A stretch of 64,000 bases of DNA, from the NCBI RefSeq assembly GCF_009834535.1, contig NC_045696.1, positions 27,840,001 through 27,904,000 of the forward strand, in the 5' to 3' direction. The notes under the pieces were generated by a model. The model saw nothing but the letters and a program-made list of their open reading frames with translations, made no database searches and was not told the DNA's origin. Positions 53,576 through 64,000 of the stretch are shown here, piece after piece; the first letter of the stretch is position 1; each line of letters begins with the position of its first letter. The position numbers and the translations under genes are program-made. This DNA is from Camelus ferus. Taxonomy: Eukaryota.

Positions 53576-53827
53576 TTTAATTTTTTTCTGTATATGTGTA
53601 TATATAGTTTATTGAACTATAGTCAATTTACAATGTTGTGTCAATTTCTGGTGTACAGCACAATACTTCAGTTATACATGAACATACATATATTCATTTT
53701 CATGTTCTTTTTCACCGTAAGTTACTGTAAGATATTGAATATGGTTCCCTGTGCTATATGATATGAACTCTTTATTTATCTGTTTTATATATATATATAT
53801 TAGTATCTGCAAATCTTGAACTCCCAA
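53576..53827 (-). mobile_element. Camelid L1 3' UTR fragment
   Basis: Antisense relative of the 18177 element: tagtcaatttacaatgttgtgtcaatttctggtgtacagca...tagtatctgcaaatcttgaactcccaa. Confidence 0.9.
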
Positions 53828-55789
53828 CAGACAAGTAAATCCTAACTCCCTCATCTCTATTAAAAAAAAATAATTGTTCAGTCTTTGTAACTAGCAAGAA
53901 TCAAAGCCAATGATGTCTGCTTCAATTTGCTTCAGGCTTAAAGTATTACATTTCAAGGTTAAAATATGAAATATGTTTTTGATCCTATATGTAAGCTATG
54001 TGCCCCTTGACTAGGTCTCCTGTCTCCTTGTTATATTTTTTATTTGTCTTGCTGCTGACGCAGAATATGAGTAGCAGATGATCTCTGGATTATGATCTCT
54101 TTTACAACACTTGGAAAACTGTGTTATTCATTCTGAACAACTTAAAGAGAAGGGGAGTAACAAACCACAAATATTTCCCTATTGTCATACTTTGCGAGCT
54201 TAGCTAGTCAGGGGAGCTGTATCATTCTGTAGTCTGCAGATACACACAGAATGACTACAATTCTACAGAGAACAATAAATACATTGTCAAATACTGAGCC
54301 ACTAAAATTCTGCCTTTTCCCTCATATTATAGCTTTGTAGCTGATCTTCAGTATTTATAATGGGGTAGCTTCCAGTTTATTTGAGGAAGGTCTTCTGAAG
54401 TGAATTTATTGTGTGCAATTTATTCCAGACCCTGGGTGAATTAACTTACTTTTGAGTCTTCCTTAGCTACATAGCCAAGAGGGAACATGGCCTTCTAAGG
54501 ATCTTTTAGTTCAATAAAAGCTCCCAAATGCAACATTCAGCATTCTGAGCCACAATGTGTGGATTTAAAACACCCTCTGGGGATCTTTAGATCTATAAAC
54601 CAATCAGCTGATTACCCTCATCCATTTATGCTATTTTCTCCCATGGATCACTTCCATCTGGGGTTTTAATTGGCTTTTTATTTCATATTGACTATATTTA
54701 ATAGGACTATCATTCTTATTTTTTTAAATTTAGTAATTATATCACAAGTTTGTGTTAAAAACTAGAGCAAGTCTCAGTTAGCTGTTGAAGAACTACATAA
54801 AAAAGTGATGGGAATAGAAAGGGCTTTTTTAAAAGTGGAAAAAAAGCAAAAGTACTTGTCGTGGAGCCTTTTGGGGGGAAATTCAAAGCTTGTCCCTTCA
54901 GTGTATAAAGGTGCATGTCTCAGCTGAATTTATCACCTAATTCCAATGACAGCTACAAATATGTTAGTCCCTTGTGGAATATGTAAATGAGTCTCTAGTT
55001 AAGAATCTGAAACTTCACAGATACCTGGATAAAAAAAAAATTGAATAAAATAAGTATTCTTACAGCTTAGACATGCTTGCACATGGAAATGTTAGAAGTA
55101 AAATGAAATGTAAGACTCTCTCTCTTTAGAAAGAGTTAACCTATCTCTAGGTACTTAATGACATTGACCAATGAAAGTAAGCAATTCATTTTTAAAGAGA
55201 AGTTCATAGTATTTGAATTTCACTTCTTTTGGAGGGACAGCCATTAAAATATAAATTTGATACTATTTTGAACCATGTGATACATGCACATTTTAAGTAA
55301 CCATGCATAAAATGATTAGTTGTTCTATAAGCTGTCAATTGATACACAAGCATTGAACACCTGTAAAATACTTTATTGGTATTACTGCTTAATTTCAATA
55401 TTCAGCATCTCAAACTTAAGATTTTAAAATTTCTTTCATGAAAAAAATTTGATATTTAGAAGTTATTTAAAAACACTGCCTTGGAATAATGGTTGGGCAC
55501 GTATTCTACTTTTTCAGAGTCATATTAATAGAAAGTATGCCTAACCTATCTTTTTTCAGGCTTTGATAGTCAAAAATGGTTTAAATTTCATTCCTGGAGA
55601 GAGTCTGTCATCCTCTCCAATAGCTTTCAGTGGACTAGCATTTTAAGGTCACATGCAGCCAGAAGAATTAAAATATACCAGCAGGTTAGCTTTAGGCAGT
55701 GAACTTAGCTTTGTAGTTCCTTGTTCTTACAAAAGAGATATGTATTTAAAGAATATTCTTAATATAATGTTTGCATTTGCCTATTCTTT

Positions 55790-56135
55790 GATTTACTTAT
55801 TCAATATTTATTTATTCAGGACTGACTATATTCAAAACATGGTCCTAAACACAGGAAGACATAGTTTGTGTCTCCAAATCTACTATGGAAATTCAGATAG
55901 TCAACAAATACATTATTAAAGGGCAAAATAAGTGACATAATCTGGATATGAGTCTAGAGTGTTGATATGGGAAAGGTGCCTCTTAGTTGGAGGATCAGGG
56001 GAAGCTGCATGGTATCCTGGGGGTTGTTGGGGCACATACAGCTCGTTAACATAATAGTGTGATGAGAACAAGGGAGATAGATTTGAGGAGGTGAGAAAGG
56101 CAACAACATGGTGCTGGAAGGACTGAGTCTACTGG
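55790..56135 (-). mobile_element. L2 3' end
   Basis: ttattcaatatttatttattcaggactgactatattc...gatcaggggaagctgcatgg. Confidence 0.55.
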
Positions 56136-59100
56136 GGAGTGGACCCCAAGCAGCAGGATGCTCAGCAGTCCATTGGGGTAGACTAAAGTCAGTACTTCGT
56201 CATCTACAATGGGATTTTTACAATTTATTAGCCAGAAGAGTACACATCCATGCCAGTTCCAGAACAATGGCAAAGTCCCAGTCGTGGAAAGATCTATGCT
56301 TCAATTCCAGGGAATCAGTCAAAATAATTACCTGCCAGTAACCCTGAAGATAATAACATAGTCTACTTAATTCAGAGAAATTCTATGCTTCTTAGAGGGC
56401 CCCAGAGCTACAATTCAGATTGGGACCACCAGGAAAGGAGTCTCTGAGAGGAAACGTAGTCAGGTGGACTGAGGATACCACTGGCAGAAGTGGAAAAGCT
56501 GATACCTGTAGAGGGTTAAATGGAATTGCATTGGTCTCCTTTAGTCCTCTCAATATTAACAGTGTTAAGACCTTGCAGGTTAGGAAACCAGAGTTGGGAG
56601 AAGCTAATTGCTCAGGATTACACAACCACGAAATGATAGACCAGACGTTCAGCCCAAGCCTTCTATTTCCCAAACCCTGTTTAATTCCAAATAACGTAGT
56701 GTGCTGAAGACCAACTAACATGAAATAAATTTGTTAGAAGATTAGAAGTTTAGATCAAGTTTGAAAGAAATCTATCTCTATAAAACTGCCATCAGAATAG
56801 CTTGGAAGTGCTGACTGGGCTTTGAGCAGAGGCCCACAAACAGGCAACGGCCTATTAAATCAGCATTTTTCACCCTCAGTGAGTGTGTCTGAGTGTGAAT
56901 GGCCTCTGAAAAACTCACAGGTTCAATTAATTAAGTGTTCAGAGCTGAAAACTGATGGACATCTGAGATGCTTGTCTTCATTTTTGCTAGATGATAATAG
57001 TATTGCAAATTTATTTAGAAAGAAGGGAATTTCTACATTTACAAAAATGACTACAGAAAAATGTGAAGCTGTGAGATTGTATCTGGTTTGTATCTGAGGC
57101 TTTAAATAAATATGAAAGAGTTAAGAGCTTCCTCTCAAAGTACACAAGTATATTTTACACTATAGACCAGATTTGGGTCTGAGCGTGATGAACTTTCACA
57201 CAATTAGAGACCAGGTGACTTCAAAAGTTCTGGTGGGTTCTCTTTGCTTTAGTAGTTAGGATCTATATTGTACATCATTTCCAATCCATGTCACTTTTTT
57301 TAAGTTTAAATAACCAAAGAGGTGCTATTTTATTTTAATGCATTGCTGTACTCTTTAAAAAATATTCCCAAAAGCCTCAATCTTCACTAAGTTTGAACTT
57401 ACTTCATTTTTGAGACCATCAACCTATTAAAAATCATGTAAAAAGTACAAAGTCCTTCTTATTCCCCAAACCTTTGCATTGTGTATAACATTACTTCATC
57501 TAATTATGAATGGATGGTCAACAGGTGGTCAGTACTATGACAAGGTATCTGTAATCTTTGTTTTCAGAAGCTTTTGTCCCTTAAGCTCTTTCTTTCATGA
57601 GTTTTATGGATGCCTGAAATTCTGTAATTTAAATCCATCTATTTGCTCCATGTTAGAAATGAAAATATGTGGTGGGTAGTATTTTAAATTTAGTAAGAAA
57701 GAGTTTAATAGTTTCTTCTTAAACTTATCTTTAATTGAGGAGAGCACTGGAATGGATAAACGGATTATCTCCAAAGTAATTGAACAGGAGACCAAATCTA
57801 AAGTAATCTTTGCCAACCACTTCAGCCTTAATTTATCTAATGACAGAAACACATACAAGCAACAACAGGGCTGTTCATATGAAATATGCCCTTAATAACG
57901 ATAAACGCACTGTGCAACTTAGAACTGAAGGCATCTGGCAAGAAGAAAAAATATAAAGGTAGAAATAGTGATAAAATATACTTAAGGAAAAGTCAGACTC
58001 ATTTGGCTAAGGTAAACTTGTCTAGCAAAGTATTTGGAACATAAATTTTGAAAGATGTGGCGTGACCAGATTTTCAGAGGTCTCAAATGCAAAGCTGAAG
58101 ATGGTGGGTAGAGTTATAACAGATGCTGTCAGCTAATTAAACAATTTTCATGTGAAGTAACCGGATAACATGGTCTACAGCTTAGGCTGTAAGGAGGGAC
58201 TTAATGCTTCTTAGGCCAGATGCTACTGAAAGTTAAGTTGAAGCCATGATTCTTAATAAGGCTGGTACTTTCCTAACACTTTCTCTTCAACACTTGATTA
58301 TGGAACCAAGTTTTAATTGTAGTCTCATTTCATATCCTTAAGTTTTTTGGATCAATAACTGGTCTTTCTTGATATACAATGTCTGTTTCCCTAAAACAAT
58401 ATCTAATTTGTTTTTTGTTACATTATATTCCCTCTGTTCTCAATTCCTTATCATCAACTTTTAGTTGATAAGGTGCATAGGTAATGAGACAAGTGTTTAG
58501 AAGCTGGCATCATCCAGTAGGCTCTGGTGTATGTCAGCTGGTTTCCCCTTACATAGAATCTACATCCTAAGAAATAGAATGGGGAAGCAACTCTAAGCAG
58601 GACTCCTGTAACAGATGACATCAAGGACAGTTCAAAGAGTTGATGCTAATAAACTATGGAAGATATAGTTCGTATTAAAAAAAGAGGAGTCTTCAATGGG
58701 CTGCTGGGGAGAAAGAGAATTACCTATTTGCAATTCAAAAAGAGCTTTCTATTATACAAATCTTTACATGTAGGTTAATTGCCTGCCAAGATTTCCTTTT
58801 AGATCAAAGTCTAAGTATGCGAGATCAATGCCATACAATGACATATCATCATTTTTGACTACTTCACATGCTGCATAGAGTTTTTGTATTGCTTTTATTT
58901 CACTGGGGAGCTGGAAGTATTTTAAATTTTTTATATTATTTTCTTACTATTACATTTTTAACCCTGAAAGGTCAAAAATAGAGTGAGGAAAAAAAATCTC
59001 CACAAGATTTTCCATATTTAAAAATACGTGAATAAATTATTTTATCAACATTTTTAAATAACTGAAATATAGTAAGTGGCTTTGAACATTAAAAACTAAG

Positions 59101-62100
59101 TAAAAAAAAATGGATCTAGAGATTCAGTTTTACTGTGATTCTTTAATTTAAGGATGGTATATTATAAACACGCCCATGACACTTAGTATCATCTCTCTGT
59201 CCCTTTCAGTTCTGCTTTTTTTTATGAGCTGGAATGAAGCCACATTTTTCCCCCTTTTCTTTCTTGGCCAAGCATTCCCCAGAAAAGAACATTTTTTTAG
59301 TCTATTAACCTATAGCAAAACTTCATAAGAAAAGTAGGCATGACAGTTTCCATGTCCCTTTCAAAATTCATATAATTAGTAAACTCATGTCTCACTTGGC
59401 TTTCATATCAATACTTTCCCCTTCCTTCATTTGTTAAGTTTCATTAAATGAATTGCCAATATAGATGACTGGGCAGGTCAGTTAACTGGCCCCTTAACTG
59501 TGAGTAGCTTTGGTTCTTTGTGAGTTACAGTGTAAATGCTTAGTTATTAGGCTATTTTTTTTTTTTTTTAAGATTAGATGATACTCCACAGTAATAGTTT
59601 GTGCCATATGCCTTATTTTTTTAGTTGTTTATTTTGAGGACTATTGGTTTAGTTTAGAGATAATTTCACTTATTTTTCGTAACAGATGGGCTGGATATAT
59701 CACATATGCAGTGCATCAAAACATCTAATCCATTTAAAAACAAGCTATTGAGAACAATCAACTGATGCCTGAAAGAAAATATTGGTAGGTTAATTCAAAA
59801 TTTAATAATATTCCAGAGTTATAGCAAACATTTTATACTTTCATTATTTTGTTTTTTAAAGTTAATACTATTTCTATAACTGATTATCAATTTCAACGTG
59901 TTATCCTTCACTTTTGTCATCTTGTCTTCTGAAGCTAAAAATTCTATTATTTAAATTCCACCTATGAGTAAAAAACACAATGATAAAAATTGTTTTCGAA
60001 ATTTTACATCTTAAAATATATAAGAAAAACAAACATAAGATACGTATCGAACTAAATATAGTCAGCAATGAAAACAATGTATAAATAGCCATTCATCTGT
60101 TAAATGTTTATCTCATTGAGTAAAGGGCAATTACACACAAATTGGAAAAAAAAAAACTAAGAAATCAAGAGGAAAAGAATACATAAATCTGAGAAAATCC
60201 AATCAGGCACTGAACAGAGGAGATTTTTTTAATTATTGTATTAAGAGGTCAGTGAGAGTTTATCACTAAACAATATAGTTGAGCTTGATTGTGAAGGCTT
60301 TCTTCTAATGCTTACATGCCTAATCTCTTTTAGCAAATCAATATGATATTAAGTCCTAAATGTTGCATTAAGATCTATTTATGTATAGGTTATGGGAAGT
60401 TAAACACACACACAAACACACACAAATTTTAAAATTATAGACGGAGTCATGATTCTGTGAAGGCAAACGCTGTGAAACCGTTAAACTGAGGATAAAATGA
60501 TCTCATAATAATCTACTTTAAAAAGAGAAGGCATGAGGCTCAGTGACTGTGCAAGTAATCTCATCCCATATAGGACAGTTCAGCATCTTTTGCTTTCTTA
60601 CAAGGGTGGGGCACACAGAAACCGCTGTGTGAAGTTTCACTGACAGAAATGTGACGATACAGAGAGAATTACAATAATGTTTTAAAAATTAAAGTTAGCA
60701 ACTCAAATGGAGAGTGCCACAAAACATGCTTGCCTTTAATCATGTGTTCAGAAAGATCTATCTCTTATATGAGTGAGAACAATTTTCATTCACTAGGACT
60801 TTGACTATTTGTGTTTCTTAAATTCTGGCACTTGAGTTTGGAATAAAAAGAAACAAAAAAAAACCCCAAAAAACAAAAAAACCGCATACCTTATCAATAG
60901 TAGATGGTTTCAGTTATTTTGAAGTTTTCTGTATATGTCTAATCCTGAACCTTATGTTGTCTGATGTGCACATGTTGTCACAAATGTTTGGAAATTCCTT
61001 TTTTTAGGACTGCAAATTCAAGAAGTTTAAGACCTTGGGGCCTGGAGCTGAAGTGTATAGGGAATGCTCTGTTGGTGAAGATAAACTCTTGCTAAACAGG
61101 GTTTTTTTTTTTTTTTTTATAAGTATCTTCATTGAAATATTACACTGTTGCATGAAATATCTCCCTGCCTTTACGGGTTATCTTTCCACAAGACCAGCTA
61201 ATCCTAAAGGCGACATAAAGCTTGCTGGATAAAAATGTGGAATCTGAGACTCTCGTGCAATAATAAGTCATGAACCTGCAATTTCTTGTGAACTGTCCCT
61301 TGGGCTGGAACTTAAACTTCTGTAACAGAAAGGATCTTGCTTGGTCCTTGTGAATCAGTTGGTACCAGTAGAACATGGAATAAATAAAATTAAGTTAGCT
61401 GGCAGAGTCATTCTCAGTTGAAGGGAAAAAAAAAAACATATAAAAATATATGAGCAAAGAAATAGAGAAACTCAGTGGAGATAGCTTCAGAAATACAGAT
61501 CTTCAAGGGGTGAGGGCTGTGGTAAGGAATTAGCTTCCATGGTACAGATTTACAGAGAACAATTCAAACACCCTTTATAAATCAAATATTTTAATGATTC
61601 CCTTCTGAAAAACATCAAGCAGAATGCATGATATTAAATCCAATATAAAATGCTTGCTTCTGACAGTTCTTGAAAAGTAATTCAAAAATTTGAAGTCATC
61701 TTTATATTAGTCCTCAATTATTGGGAAGAGTTATCTCATTTTCAAAATGCCTGGATGTCATAATGTCACAGTAATAGATTTTACCCAAGATTTTTTTACA
61801 TGCTCTACCTAAGGATGTTTTAAATAGAAGCAGAGGACACCAGGATGTGTGATTTACACCAAAAATACATGGGAAAAAAACTACTATGAACATCACTTTA
61901 TTTGGAATTCCAGAGACTTTTATACATCTACTAATTCATTTATTCAAATAATTTCGATTTTATAAACTCATTGAATATGTAACAGAGAATTTAAAATGCA
62001 GGGAAGAAAAGGGAAATAAATTTTACAGATATACTAGTAACATTAAGGCTGCTTTGTTAATGAAGGGAAGAAGGGATAGCACATGCCAGGGTAAAAATCT

Positions 62101-62169
62101 CACTAATTAGAAACTGGGGAGATCTTACTATCAACTAGTAGAGTAAGATCAAGAATGAGTTCTCAGTTA

Positions 62170-62490
62170 GACCCACATTCTTTGTCAGTCATTGTGCTCG
62201 ATGTGAGGCAATGAAAAATGACTGAGAGATGCTCGTGGCTCTCACGTTACAGCCGACAGGGCATTCAAGTAGAGGTATAACATGGATCAAAGCACAGATG
62301 CAGGGGAGGGTGGCCCAAGCAGGAGACGGGGAGAAACACTTCCAAGTAAGTACCGCCTGCACTAAAGCGACTACACTAGAGTCGTGTCACAGAGATGTCT
62401 GAAGCCAGATGAAGGATTTTGGACCTAATTCCCTGGCACAGTGGAGCACCCACACCTTTCAGAGTATGACAGGTGATGCTTTGAGTGTGG
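62170..62490 (-). mobile_element. L2 fragment
   Basis: cattgtgctcgatgtgagg...; gaaggattttggacctaattcc. Confidence 0.45.
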
Positions 62491-64000
62491 AAAGATAATA
62501 ATAGCCTTATTATTAGACTATTCTTATTTTGTACCAAAAAGACAAGAAAACTTAAGCTTTATTCTTATTTATCACACAGGTTTACACTGACTTCTTCAGC
62601 CAGACATATATCAGAATGGTCATTTGTCATATATGAGAAGGCACAGCTTCCTGAAAAGAGCAGGGTAGTAATTTTGCAATCTAGACAGGGTGGCAAGTGG
62701 AATCCTCCTTCATCTGCCTGCTTTCAGCACTTTGTGAATGATTTAAGAGTTTAGATGCACCCAGGGAAGGACATTTGAGATCACCATATTTAGTCTGAAC
62801 TAAGTTAGACCTCGTGAAGTGAGCAAGCACATGAAAAGATCCCTGCAAAGAAACTATGGGCTGATGATAATGCAGGTATAAGTGAACCAGAAAACGGCAG
62901 AGGAAACAATAGGAACAGTGACTATCACTACTGCATTATTGGATGAAAATCAGGGACATCTACAATTCAAAAGAGATTATGTTCAGACTACTATTTAAAG
63001 TATGACTCTACCTGCGTGCATGAGTGTGTTTCTATGTATAATGCCTTCAAATATTAGCTAATGATAGTAAAATGCTGTCAATGGTTAGCAAGATATCTGT
63101 TTAAATGACTTATTTCATGTTGATCTCATTCCTGCCTGTTCTCCAGTATTTATTTTCATACATTTCACAATGCCCATCGACACAATGACACATTTATGTA
63201 CTTCATAAATAAATTTTAAAATACACCATGAGAAGTGCTCCATTTCTTTAAAGTACAAGAATGAGCCATAAAAATGTTCATTCTAGACTCTATCTAGAAA
63301 ATGGAATGCCATGAAAGGTTTTAGAGTAAAATAATCAAATGTTCAGAACTTTGCTTTAGCAATATTATTCTGACTGCGATGTACAGGATAAATTAGAGAC
63401 GCATAATGGCTTTGAGAGATGATGTCAAGGCAGTCTTTGTGACCTGTCATGTGGGTAGCCTAGGAGTTTCTTGCAAGCAGAGGCTGTGTTCTCCTAATAT
63501 TGGTGTGATTAGCAATATCTCATGTGATAGAGGCATATTAGAATTGCCTGACACATATTTGTTAAGTTGAATGGAATACTTACAAGCTCATCTCTTTGTT
63601 AAGCCTTTGAAAGATCACTGTCAATGTCATCTTTTGACTAATCCGTCATACTGGAAGTATGGTCTTTTCTCCCTTTCCCAGAACATTTGATATTCCTGCT
63701 GCAGCCCCTGGACTGTTCTGCCTGATGCCATGCCTACCTATGTAATGCATGGATACATTCCAAGCAAATTTAGAATGTAAACTCTTCGAAAGGGGAACAT
63801 ACAAGATTTATCCAACTACCTAAATGAGAATTTATACATTCATATAATTAAACAGGGATAGGGAGAACTATAGAGAGAGTTAGAGCCTGGGACTTGAGTG
63901 TATCAGTATCTCTACCCCTCTCTCTCCTGTCTCCCTTGGTCAGCTTCCCTGGGAAGAGGAGTGAGAGAGGCAGGTGGAGAGGGGGATGTCTGCTGGAACA

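Noticed and set aside
58490..58800. Possible CR1/L3 remnant
   Set aside because: Similarity too faint to support without an HMM search.
61140..61376. ORF containing WYQ and YYC, suggestive of an Ig/TCR V domain
   Set aside because: W-to-C spacing is too short (~36 aa), there is no first cysteine or leader, and I see no RSS heptamer/nonamer downstream.
1..64000. Prokaryote-style systems (CRISPR arrays, operons), NUMTs, rRNA/snRNA genes
   Set aside because: No regularly spaced repeat-spacer array, no long ORFs, and no mitochondrial or structural-RNA similarity noticed; the DNA is mammalian and repeat-rich.

Overview
AT-rich, CpG-poor mammalian genomic DNA, intergenic or deep-intronic. I find no protein-coding exon I can support, and the ORF-track entries are chance ORFs or sit in repeats. 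Three tRNA-Ala-derived SINE copies (Vic-1 type) and the young L1 3' tails point to a camelid (camel/llama/alpaca) genome. The window is a layered record of transposons: ancient L2/MIR, hAT MITEs (MER5, MER20, MER33, MER58), an MLT1 LTR, old L1MB/L1MC/L1ME pieces, an ERV1 solo LTR and recent L1 tails with target-site duplications (TSDs). The most notable items are: (1) a ~510-bp copy of only the HNRNPF 3' UTR, with no poly(A) tail or TSD, inserted inside a MER5-like element; (2) a 1.26-kb TSD-flanked L1 derivative with both ends but two large internal deletions (HAL1-like); (3) a SINE head/tRNA-Ala(AGC) copy that still folds as a cloverleaf and is followed by a T11 run; (4) a strong CTCF motif. 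I found no evidence of a new multi-gene system. Family names come from remembered consensus sequences, not a database search, and boundaries of old repeats are approximate.
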